Source: Pyrodictium abyssi | Lineage (GTDB): Archaea; Thermoproteota; Thermoprotei_A; Sulfolobales; Pyrodictiaceae | DNA: 32,000 bases | Assembly (NCBI RefSeq): GCF_036323395.1 | Contig: NZ_AP028907.1 | Coordinates: 1,170,001-1,202,000, forward strand | Direction: 5' to 3' | Shown here: piece by piece, positions 16,790 to 25,052 of the stretch | Layout: each line of letters opens with the position of its first letter | Numbering within the stretch: position 1 is the first letter of the stretch | Notes under the pieces: generated by a model | Databases searched by the model: none | Told to the model about the DNA's origin: nothing | What the model saw: the letters and a program-made list of their open reading frames with translations, nothing else | Translations under genes and position numbers: made by a program

Positions 16790-17545
16790 TTAGAGCAGCC
16801 TAACTATAAACGAGTCCAGGTCTGTGTCCTCCAAGCCGTCTTGTATGCCTGCTATCAGCTCCCGCAGCATAGCCCTCCATGCCGGGTCAGCATTGTCTAT
16901 AAGATGCTTCACCTTCTCCACCACAACTGTCACTCCAGCCTCCTTCACATTTCTTGGCAACTCTCCTTCAACTACCTCATGGCAGTGCTTTCTCACGTCT
17001 TTATCACAGTATTCTACACTAGTAATGGGACTTCTCGGCACTACTAGTGCTATCCAGCATTCCGCACTACATTTCCACGACGCTATGCATATCTTAGGTC
17101 TGTCAGGCCGCCTAATACATAGTGACGCAAAGTACTTACCTCCGTGCTGTATTGGTTGAACTTCTTTATCCTTCTTGTTTCTCACAATGATCTCTTGTAT
17201 GATTTTCCAAAGTCTTTGATAATACTCGTTTGCCCTATCAGTAGGCCTATCTGAATCGCTATCCACTATTACCGCCAGACACACTTCTGCATTAGGGACA
17301 GACCGAATGAATGCTTCAGTGGCTTTAATTATTTCTTTCGTGGCATCCCTTACATTCTTTATCCCTCCGGCTGGATATATAGCAATGCATCCTGCATCGA
17401 GGAAGCATTCCCACATGTATTCTTTTATTTCTTCTATGTTACTGGAATAGTAGAGGTCATAGTTATCCGAGACCGCAGCACCTAAGAGATAGACGTCATA
17501 CAATCCCTCTGTTACTATGATCGCGTATTTACAGCCACTTAGCAA
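16790..17545 (-). CDS. TOPRIM-like (DUF4435/OLD-type) putative nuclease, partner of the upstream ABC ATPase
   Basis: 251 aa. The TTG start is preceded by AGGAGGTG, 36 nt after the ATPase stop. The pattern AIIVTEGLYDVYLL (TOPRIM Glu) ... IYPAGGIKNV ... LAVIVDSDSD (DxDxD) matches the DUF4435/OLD TOPRIM layout. Confidence 0.65.
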   Translation of the reverse strand: MLSGCKYAIIVTEGLYDVYLLGAAVSDNYDLYYSSNIEEIKEYMWECFLDAGCIAIYPAGGIKNVRDATKEIIKATEAFIRSVPNAEVCLAVIVDSDSDRPTDRANEYYQRLWKIIQEIIVRNKKDKEVQPIQHGGKYFASLCIRRPDRPKICIASWKCSAECWIALVVPRSPITSVEYCDKDVRKHCHEVVEGELPRNVKEAGVTVVVEKVKHLIDNADPAWRAMLRELIAGIQDGLEDTDLDSFIVRLL

Positions 17546-17581
17546 CGCTATGCACCTCCTGCTATGCTATTGACTAGGGAG

Positions 17582-19183
17582 CTATATGCCGCGCAACTCT
17601 ATACCTATTTCCTTTGCCTCTAAGATCTCTCTGCCCTTAAATACTGAGTATACCTCTCCGTTCGACATCAAGACAGTCTTAACCTTGTCGAGAACACCAT
17701 GCCTCATAGCTCTTTTGGCGATAAAGCGTATCAGCTCCATGCTATGAGTGCTGAGCAACACAAGAGCACTAGGATTCTCTTTAGTAGCTCTCGCTATGCT
17801 ATCTGCAAGTACCATTAAGTAGCCTGGGTGGAGTCCAGTCTCGGGCTCTTCAAGGATAAGTACTGTCTGGGGCTGCCTCCTAGCTAGAACTAGACCTGCT
17901 AGCAAGGCTAATAGCAGCAGGGTACCATCGCCGAGTAACGCTGCAGGTATTCTCATACCGTCCTTTCTCAGAAGGACTTCATTCTCTTTAATGATAGGAT
18001 CCTCTAGATTGAGACTTCTGATGCTTCTAATAACGTTACCATAGTCTCTAAGGAGTCCAAGATCATGAACTTTGTCTACTATTTTCTCTAAGGTATTTGC
18101 GCCAAAGATTTCATGGCGGATAACAGTACTTCTTCGAAATACTGTGTAAACATTCCATTCCGTCTTTTCATTGGCCTTTCCATCGTTGAGGTTTACTCTG
18201 TACTGTGCTGTCCATAAGTTATCTATAGTCCTTCTCAGTTTCTTCCATATACACCGCCTAATCATTTTTCCTAGTTCTTTACCTAGCTGGAGCTTAGCGT
18301 AGACTGAATATAAGTCTTTTAATTCAGCTCTCTCTAAGATTATCCCTGTCATATTTATTATGTTACGTACGAAGACTGCTTCAAGATTACTAAGTTCTTC
18401 GTAGTATTGTTTCTCCTTGCTTACACCCATTCTAAAGCGTGGCAAGTATAAGTAGGATGATCCATTCAGCTTTATAACTATGCTATCATCTATGATTGGC
18501 CTAATTATCCTGTTGACATGCTCCCTTAGGGTTAATGCTGCAGATTTTAGGGCAGGCTCACTTTTGTATATACTTCTCGCTAAACTTTCTGGAAGCAATA
18601 TAGGTTGTACTATTTTTTCTATCGATAACCTTTCTTCACAAGTTGATTCTGCAAGATGAGCTATAATGTACCCTATAGTGAACATTATCGTTGTTAACGC
18701 TTCACCCTCTCTAGTGTAGCTAGCAAAGGCTTTTCTGAGACATCTGTATGCTTCGCCTTCACTTGTCAGCTCATCGTAGAGGCTTTCTCTGATTTTTTGA
18801 AGCATCATACATAGGAATTGATTATTTATTGTGCTATTTGGCTTAGCTATCCTTACTATTCGGGCGCCTTGGTCATCCATCTTGAGATTTAGATTTATGG
18901 TTGCCTCTTCTCTGCATGTCAAGTTCAATAGCCTACTTGGGTGCCCAGCGAGCTTGTCGTCTATTATCATGCGGGCTATGTCGTTGCCGAGCCAGTCTTG
19001 TAGGCTAGGTGCTGAGAATGCGAGGGCTAATGCCTCGAGGACTGAGGATTTGCCGGCGTTATTCCTGCCGGTGAGTATAGTTATCGGAGCCAGCTCTAGC
19101 TTAACCTCTTTTACTCCTCTGAAGCACTTGATCTTGGCTACGCCAATAGGGCTATCCTGCTTGGTCTCTTTTGCTTGCTCCAT
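17582..19183 (-). CDS. ABC-type AAA ATPase of the AAA_15/AAA_21 (OLD N-terminal / AriA / RloA-like) family
   Basis: 533 aa. Walker A TGRNNAGKSSVLEAL, a long helical insert, a signature-like LLGDGT, Walker B VLILEEPETGLHP and H-loop LLSTHS. Confidence 0.9.
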   Translation of the reverse strand: MEQAKETKQDSPIGVAKIKCFRGVKEVKLELAPITILTGRNNAGKSSVLEALALAFSAPSLQDWLGNDIARMIIDDKLAGHPSRLLNLTCREEATINLNLKMDDQGARIVRIAKPNSTINNQFLCMMLQKIRESLYDELTSEGEAYRCLRKAFASYTREGEALTTIMFTIGYIIAHLAESTCEERLSIEKIVQPILLPESLARSIYKSEPALKSAALTLREHVNRIIRPIIDDSIVIKLNGSSYLYLPRFRMGVSKEKQYYEELSNLEAVFVRNIINMTGIILERAELKDLYSVYAKLQLGKELGKMIRRCIWKKLRRTIDNLWTAQYRVNLNDGKANEKTEWNVYTVFRRSTVIRHEIFGANTLEKIVDKVHDLGLLRDYGNVIRSIRSLNLEDPIIKENEVLLRKDGMRIPAALLGDGTLLLLALLAGLVLARRQPQTVLILEEPETGLHPGYLMVLADSIARATKENPSALVLLSTHSMELIRFIAKRAMRHGVLDKVKTVLMSNGEVYSVFKGREILEAKEIGIELRGI

Positions 19184-19369
19184 AGCCCTCCCACTCCACC
19201 TACAGGCTACAATGCATTATACCGTTTCAAAACCATGAGTGTCGATGCCGGGTTCGATACCGTGAGCTTTCGGCTGTGGAGGGTTCATAGCTGTACTGGT
19301 CTTTGCGGCTCTTAAGTACCCTGCCCGGGAATGTGTGGCGTTGCTGGTGCTCGGGGTCTTTTGCAGTCT

Positions 19370-20116
19370 TTATAGTATGCCTAGTGGGTTGAGCCGCCAG
19401 GTGTAGAGGGCCATGCCTGCTACTGCCTCGTCGTAGCCCATGGCGGCGAGGAGCTCTAGGTCCCGGGGGCCCGCTATGCCCCCGCTGTATGCTAGCCGGG
19501 GTGCGCCGGCCTCCCGGGCCTGCCGGGCTAGCCTGGCTGCGCGGTGGAGGTCTACGCCGCGCTGCTCGCCCTCGTGGAAGACCTGGGTGTAGAATAGCCC
19601 CCAGATGCCGCGGGTGCTTGCTGCCTGCTTCACGGCCTCGGCTAGGGTCATGGGCTCCCTGCTGCGCCACGCGCTTGTGGCGGGTAGCGCGTCCCAGTGC
19701 TCCTCGACGGCTGGGACCAGTACGCCGGGGCCTAGCGCGTCCACGGCCTCCTGGAGGAACTCGGGGCGGCGGAGCCACGCGCTCGCGACCACCAGGCGGT
19801 CGGCGCCCGCGCTGTGGGCCTCTTCTAGGGCGTCTATGCTCCGGAGCCCGCCGCCTAGCTGTATCGTGGCCCCTGTCTCCCTCTTGGCCCACTCCACGAG
19901 CTCTAGGACGCACCTGCTAGGCCTGCCCCTGGCCGCGCCGTCCAGGTCGACTATGTGGAGGACCGTGGCGCCGAGGCTGTGCCAGAGCAGGACGAGGCGC
20001 CGTGGGTCTCCGAGGCGTAGCCCGGTGCCGGGCACGCCCCGGACCAGCTTGACGGCCTCGCAGCCGGCCACGTCTATGCTGGGTACGAGCCGGGGCCTGG
20101 AGAGGAGGCTTGGCAT
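19370..20116 (-). CDS. hisA: ProFAR isomerase (HisA)
   Basis: The ATG at 20116 lies 2 nt after the hisG stop; the ORF is open to 20233, but that extension is R/P-rich. Motifs VPSIDVAGCEAVKLVRG, LHIVDLDGA, IQLGGGLRS and AYSGGIAG. Confidence 0.9.
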   Translation of the reverse strand: MPSLLSRPRLVPSIDVAGCEAVKLVRGVPGTGLRLGDPRRLVLLWHSLGATVLHIVDLDGAARGRPSRCVLELVEWAKRETGATIQLGGGLRSIDALEEAHSAGADRLVVASAWLRRPEFLQEAVDALGPGVLVPAVEEHWDALPATSAWRSREPMTLAEAVKQAASTRGIWGLFYTQVFHEGEQRGVDLHRAARLARQAREAGAPRLAYSGGIAGPRDLELLAAMGYDEAVAGMALYTWRLNPLGIL

Positions 20117-20118
20117 GG

Positions 20119-20988
20119 CTAGGGTATCACCCTGTCCACGCTGAGCACTAGTATGTCGCGGGCGCCGCGCCGCCGGGCCTCGACGAGGACGTGGGCTAGC
20201 CTGTCCTCCGGCACCACTGTTATCACCTCCCACATGGGCCGGGGGCCCTCCACCCTGGCTATCGTGGGCCCCGACATCGAGGGGAGCGCCTCTACTACGC
20301 GCTGTAGGGCCTCCTCCGGCACGTTCATGAGTACTAGCTTGTAGCCCCGGGCCCGTAGCACGCTCCTCACAGCCTCGACGATGACCTCTACGAGGGGGTC
20401 CTCTGGGTCTACGTGGCTGCCCCGGATCAGCTTGGCCTCTGTCCGCATGACCTCGGCTACTACGCGTAGCCCGTGCAGCCTAAGTGTGGTCCCGGTCGAG
20501 GATACGTCGAGTATGGCGTCTGCCACGCCGAGCCTGGGCATGGCCTCGGCGGAGCCTGTTATCCTGATTATCCTCGCCCTGACCCCTAGCTTCTCGAAGA
20601 ACCTCCGGGCTATGTTGACGAACTTGGTCGCCACCCGGACCCCGTCGGGGAGGTCTCTTGGGCTCTCCACCGGCGCCTCCTCGGGCACTGCTACCACGAG
20701 GCGGGCGCGGCCGATGCCCAGGCCCTCGACTATCTCCAGGCCCTCGCCGCTGTGCTCCTCTATGTAGTCGAGCCCCGTGATGCCGAGCTCTGCGCCGCCC
20801 GCAGAGACTATCGCCGGTATGTCCTCGGGCCGGACGTAGACCAGGGACACGTTCTCCCAGTTCGTGGGCACTATCAGCGCGCGGGTCGCGTCGGGGCTGT
20901 AGAGGGGCTCTATGCCCGCAGCCTCTAGTAGGCGGAGCACAGGGTCCCTTAGCCGGCCCTTGCTGGGAACCGCTATCCTCACACCCAC
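20119..20988 (-). CDS. hisG: ATP phosphoribosyltransferase (long form)
   Basis: 289 aa with a GTG start. RIAVPSKGRL..P.L.LLE.AGI, the central PRPP-binding region (DVSSTGTTLR) and a C-terminal regulatory-domain-sized tail. Confidence 0.95.
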   Translation of the reverse strand: MGVRIAVPSKGRLRDPVLRLLEAAGIEPLYSPDATRALIVPTNWENVSLVYVRPEDIPAIVSAGGAELGITGLDYIEEHSGEGLEIVEGLGIGRARLVVAVPEEAPVESPRDLPDGVRVATKFVNIARRFFEKLGVRARIIRITGSAEAMPRLGVADAILDVSSTGTTLRLHGLRVVAEVMRTEAKLIRGSHVDPEDPLVEVIVEAVRSVLRARGYKLVLMNVPEEALQRVVEALPSMSGPTIARVEGPRPMWEVITVVPEDRLAHVLVEARRRGARDILVLSVDRVIP

Positions 20989-21355
20989 TCCGCGCTCACC
21001 TCCCTAGGAGCCCTCCCCGGTGGACTGCTGGGGGCGAGAACCGGTCTACGCGTAGGCCAGGGCTCTGCTCCAGCCCCGCGCGGCGCCCGCTGGCCCGGGA
21101 GAACGGGGCGGCATGCCGGGCGACCGGGCTCTACTCCTCTACGCCTGGAGGTGAACCCGGTTCATCTCCAGCCCCTCCTCCCTCCACGTGAATGGGCTAG
21201 CCTTCCCACCAGGGTTTTAAACATAGGGCCCCGGCCCTGGGTGCAATAACGCATAGTGTAGGCGGCTACGCCATATTTTACCCTAGCAGCTCTCACAAGG
21301 TCGCTACGACGCGTAGAGGAGAGCCTAGCGGCTACGCCTGGTGGTGGACTAGGCC

Positions 21356-21802
21356 TTGGAGGGCCGCGAGGATAGGGAGCTAGAGAAGCTGATAGAGGAC
21401 ATGGTGCGGAGGATAGTCTCTCGCCCGGCCGTAGAGGAGCCTGAGGGCGGGGACGAGGAGCAGCCGGTGCGGCTCGTGCTGGACGACCGTGAGCTGGAGA
21501 AGCGTATCTGCAGCAAGCCGGTGGCGGTAGTGCTGTTCACGAGCCCTGGGTGCCCGGCTTGCCACGCCTACCGGCCGATATTCTACAGCTACGCTGACCG
21601 GGCACGCCGCAGGCACCGGGGCAAGGTGGAGTTCATCGAGGCCGACGTCTACCACGTGTACGACAAGGCGGTGGAGCTCGGCATATCCGCTACGCCTACT
21701 ACCGTAGTGTTCCGGCGCTGCCGCCCCGTAGACGGTTTCGTTGGCATGGTGGACGAGGAGACCCTGGCCGAGATAGTCGAGCCCCACCTGGCCAGCGCCT
21801 AG
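21356..21802 (+). CDS. Thioredoxin-fold protein (CPAC active site) with an acidic N-terminal extension
   Basis: VVLFTSPGCPACHAYRPIF...ISATPTTVVF. The start is uncertain: TTG at 21356 or ATG at 21401. Confidence 0.8.
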   Translation: MEGREDRELEKLIEDMVRRIVSRPAVEEPEGGDEEQPVRLVLDDRELEKRICSKPVAVVLFTSPGCPACHAYRPIFYSYADRARRRHRGKVEFIEADVYHVYDKAVELGISATPTTVVFRRCRPVDGFVGMVDEETLAEIVEPHLASA

Positions 21803-22527
21803 AGCCCTGGCATCCTTCTCTTCATGCCCGGCTTAGTGAGGTATATCAGGGCGTCTACCTGGTCTACGCCGCTGGTTTCGCGCCACTCCTCCCCGACCAC
21901 CGCTATGGCGGCTACGGCCTCTATCCTGGCGCGCGCTTCCTCGACCAGCATGCGGAGAGCGCGGAGCGTGCGCCCCGTCTCCACTATGTCGTCTACTATG
22001 AGCACGCTGTCGCTCCGGCCTAGCGCGCCCCGGGGTATACAGAAGCTGGGCTCCCCGGGGCTACATTGCTCCTCCTCGGGTAGCCCGAGGCGCCGGCGCG
22101 CCACGGTGAAGGGCGTCTCGAGGGCTAGGCTTAGGCTGGCGGCGAGGGGTATACCCGAGGCCTCGGGGACGAGTATCCTTGTTATCCTCTTGCCCTGGAG
22201 TCGGCGGGCGTAGTAGAGCGTGACGAGGAGCAGGTACAGCGGCTCGGTGAGCACCACGCTCGTGTCTAGGACGCCCCCGGTCTCGGCCATCCTCTCGGCT
22301 AGGGCGCGGCGCGGGTCAGCGAGCCTCCAGAGCCCCTCGAGGATCTCCACGGCCTTCTCGGGGCTGGGGAGGCTCTTCCCGGTCACGTAGCGGGATAGGA
22401 GGGGCGCGGGCACCCCGGTGGCCCGGGATAGCTCCCGGTAGCTGTACTTCCTCTTGGCTAGCCGGAGGGCCGCGGCGACGTTGAGGGATAGCCGGGCCCT
22501 CTCTAGCCTCTCCGAGCCGCCTGCCAT
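21799..22527 (-). CDS. HTH DNA-binding domain fused to a type-I phosphoribosyltransferase domain (putative transcriptional regulator)
   Basis: The N-terminus SYRELSRATGVPAPLLSRYVTGK is an HTH. The C-terminus ILVPEASGIPLAASLSLAL and SVLIVDDIVETGRTLRAL is an intact PRPP-binding loop. Confidence 0.85.
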   Translation of the reverse strand: MAGGSERLERARLSLNVAAALRLAKRKYSYRELSRATGVPAPLLSRYVTGKSLPSPEKAVEILEGLWRLADPRRALAERMAETGGVLDTSVVLTEPLYLLLVTLYYARRLQGKRITRILVPEASGIPLAASLSLALETPFTVARRRLGLPEEEQCSPGEPSFCIPRGALGRSDSVLIVDDIVETGRTLRALRMLVEEARARIEAVAAIAVVGEEWRETSGVDQVDALIYLTKPGMKRRMPGL

Positions 22528-22655
22528 GCTGCCAGCGCACCACCGCCGCGATGACGCGTTGTTAAACAGGCTGATTGAACAACCCGGGTGGTACTCGTTG
22601 AAGAACCCGCTTATAAACAGTAAACCGGGCCGCCGCCCGGCATGGGAGTTGAGTC

Positions 22656-24008
22656 GTGGCCTCTAGGCGCGAGTTCATTAAGATACTCGGAGCGGGCGTA
22701 GCCGGCCTAGTCGTGGGCGCAGGCCTAGGCTACAGCCTACGCGGCTCCCCGCAGCCCCGGGAGACCACCACTAGCCCTGCCCAGGCCGGGGGCCAGGCCC
22801 CGGCCGCCTCGGGCGGGGCCCGCAAGGTGAAGGCGCTCTGGGTCTACGTGGGCCCGATAGGCGACTATGGCTGGACCCACGCCCATAACCAGGGCCGGGT
22901 GAACGCGGAGAAGGCGCTCAAGGGCCTCGTGGAGACAAAGTACCTGGAGAAGGTGGCCGAGGACCAGGCCTACCCCGCGATAAAGCAAGCTCTCGAGCAG
23001 GAGCACTTCGACGCGGTGTTCGCCACCAGCTTCGGCTTCATGGACGCCGTGAAGAGGCTGGCCAAGGAGTACCCAGACGTGATGTTCTACCACTGTAGCG
23101 GCCCCTGGGAGGCCTTCAAGGACCTGCCCAACGTAGCCACCTACTTCTCCGAGTTCTACCAGCTATACTACCTCAACGGCATAGCCGCCGGCGCCGTGAC
23201 AGAGACCTGCAGGGTAGGCTACGTGCCCGCCTTCCTGATACCAGAGGTAGTGCGCCACATAAACGCCTACGCCCTAGGCGCGGTCCACGGAGCCAAGCTC
23301 ATGGGCAAGTGCGGTGGCGGCGAGAACCTCGAGATCTACGTCACAGCGCCGCTACGCAGCTGGTTCAACCCAGACAAGGCCCGCCAGTACGCAGAGACCC
23401 TCATCAACCAGTACAAGGTGGACGTCATAGCCTTCACAGAGGACTCCACCGCCGTGCTCGAGACAGCGGCCGAGTACGGCGTGTACAGCTTCAGCCACTA
23501 CAGCAACATGCTAGACTACTTCACCCACGGCAAGGGCGCCGAGAGCGAGATAGCCAAGAAGATAGCCAAGGCGCACCTAACCGGCCAGGTGGCCGACTGG
23601 ACACCGATATACGTCTACCTCCTAGCCAAGAAGATAACCGGCGTAGCCGAGAAGGAGGACATCTGGGCCAGGATAGGCGACTTCGTCCCGATACGCTGGA
23701 GAAGGCCCGTCAACGAGTCCACGGCCGGCAAGCCCGAGGGCGCAGCCTACCTAGCACCGCTAAACACCGAGGTCATACCAGCCAAGGCCGTGGAGGAGAT
23801 CAAGAGGCTCTACGAGGACATGAAGGAGCTGCTATTCGAGCCCTTCACCGGCCCGATACGCGGCTACACGATAGACCCTGCTAGCGGTAAGCAGGTCGGC
23901 GACGTAGAGGAGAAGGTGCCGGCTGGCGTCCGCTGGGGCCGCAACGAGCTCTGGAGCGAGAAGACGATGAACTGGTTCTACGAGAAGATAATAACCCTAG
24001 GCGGCTGA
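22656..24008 (+). CDS. BMP-family (PnrA-like) substrate-binding protein with a twin-arginine signal
   Basis: GTG start. SRREFIKILGAGVAGLVVGAGLG is a Tat motif plus h-region. VYVGPIGDYGWTHAHNQG and the overall layout are typical of the Bmp/basic membrane protein family. Confidence 0.9.
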   Translation: MASRREFIKILGAGVAGLVVGAGLGYSLRGSPQPRETTTSPAQAGGQAPAASGGARKVKALWVYVGPIGDYGWTHAHNQGRVNAEKALKGLVETKYLEKVAEDQAYPAIKQALEQEHFDAVFATSFGFMDAVKRLAKEYPDVMFYHCSGPWEAFKDLPNVATYFSEFYQLYYLNGIAAGAVTETCRVGYVPAFLIPEVVRHINAYALGAVHGAKLMGKCGGGENLEIYVTAPLRSWFNPDKARQYAETLINQYKVDVIAFTEDSTAVLETAAEYGVYSFSHYSNMLDYFTHGKGAESEIAKKIAKAHLTGQVADWTPIYVYLLAKKITGVAEKEDIWARIGDFVPIRWRRPVNESTAGKPEGAAYLAPLNTEVIPAKAVEEIKRLYEDMKELLFEPFTGPIRGYTIDPASGKQVGDVEEKVPAGVRWGRNELWSEKTMNWFYEKIITLGG

Positions 24009-24112
24009 CGATCCGGCGCTCTTCATCCGAGTAGGTAATAAGGGCGGCCTGCTCTATCTTTTCTCTTTAACTTGGTGTAGGCTCTGCCTTGGCCGGAGAC
24101 CCTATAGGCAAC

Positions 24113-24970
24113 ATGATATTCTTCCTGTTCTGGCTCCTCCTGCTCTTCAGCATAATGGAGCCGATAATCAGCCTCCGCCGGCTACAGGCAGCGAGGCTGG
24201 CGCTGATACGCCGGATGGAGCAGAAGTACGGCTGGCGAGTAGTCACGCTCATACACCGCGAGGAGAGGGTAACCTTCTTCGGTATCCCGATACAGCGGTT
24301 CATAGACATCGACGACTCCGAGGCAGTACTGAGGGCGATAAGGACGACGCCCCCGGATAAGCCGATAGCACTGATACTCCACACGCCGGGCGGCCTAGTG
24401 CTAGCGGCGAGCCAGATAGCTAGGGCGCTGAAGAGGCACCCAGGCAAGAAGATAGTCATAGTGCCACACTACGCTATGAGCGGCGGCACCCTCATCGCGC
24501 TAGCTGCGGACGAGATACTCATGGACCCCAATGCTGTGCTCGGCCCGCTAGACCCCCAGCTCTCCCTAGGCCCCCAGGGCCCAGTAGTGCCAGCCCCGAG
24601 CATACTCAAGGTAGCCAAGATGAAGGGCGAGAAGGCCAGCGACACGACGCTGATAATAGCGGACATAGCGGAGAAGGCTATCATGGAGATGCAGGAGGTC
24701 ATAACAGAGCTGCTCCGCGACAAGATGGGCGAAGAGAAGGCCCGCGAAGTGGCCAGGATCCTCACCGAGGGCAGGTGGACTCACGACTACCCGATAACCG
24801 TGGAGAAGGCCCGGGAGCTAGGCCTACCAGTGAAGACCGAGGTGCCCCCGGAGGTGTACGAACTCATGGCCCTGTACCCCCAGGCGCCGCACAACAGGCC
24901 TGGCGTAGAGTTCATCCCCCAGCCGCTGCCACAGCAGCCAGTCCGCCGCGGCCAGGGAGCCTCCAACTAG
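24113..24970 (+). CDS. SDH-family (ClpP-fold) membrane-anchored serine protease
   Basis: The ORF is open from the TTG at 24089; the ATG at 24113 gives MIFFLFWLLLLFSIM (a TM anchor). LILHTPGGLVLAASQIARALK....VPHYAMSGGTLIALAADEILM is the SDH_sah / periplasmic ClpP-class signature. Confidence 0.85.
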   Translation: MIFFLFWLLLLFSIMEPIISLRRLQAARLALIRRMEQKYGWRVVTLIHREERVTFFGIPIQRFIDIDDSEAVLRAIRTTPPDKPIALILHTPGGLVLAASQIARALKRHPGKKIVIVPHYAMSGGTLIALAADEILMDPNAVLGPLDPQLSLGPQGPVVPAPSILKVAKMKGEKASDTTLIIADIAEKAIMEMQEVITELLRDKMGEEKAREVARILTEGRWTHDYPITVEKARELGLPVKTEVPPEVYELMALYPQAPHNRPGVEFIPQPLPQQPVRRGQGASN

Positions 24971-25052
24971 CCGCCGCACCTGGGTTTGTTTCCGGCTTCT
25001 CCCTTCTCCCGGTCGTTCTCCCTAACGCTTAGGAGTACTCGAGGCCGCTGGC

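Larger units (their letters stand above)
9700..19230. other. AT-richer accessory island (candidate defence island) inserted between the DUF2202 gene and hisA
   Basis: There is an abrupt, visible drop in GC and a change in codon usage relative to both flanks. The content is entirely accessory: nuclease, ATPase and HEPN-like genes. Small GC-rich patches at ~11760-12000 and 16449-16790 make it a mosaic. No integrase, transposase, tRNA or terminal direct repeat was found by eye. Confidence 0.65.

Noticed and set aside
19240-19265. A T-loop-like GCCGGGTTCGATACCG at the right island border, considered as a possible tRNA fragment or att site.
   Set aside because: The flanks cannot form a T-stem, acceptor arm or anticodon arm. 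There is no matching copy at the left border (9600-10120).
19227-19913. Long ORFs in GC-rich regions that overlap recognisable genes: 19227-19913(-), 19489-19920(+), 29230-30279(-), 29683-30414(+), 2585-3142(+), 25453-26007(+), 7433-7909(+), 351-809(+) and 5213-5794(-).
   Set aside because: Their translations are Arg/Pro/Gly/Ala-rich low-complexity sequence, typical of out-of-frame or antisense shadows in high-GC DNA. Each is overlapped by an ORF with clear family motifs and proper GC3 codon bias.
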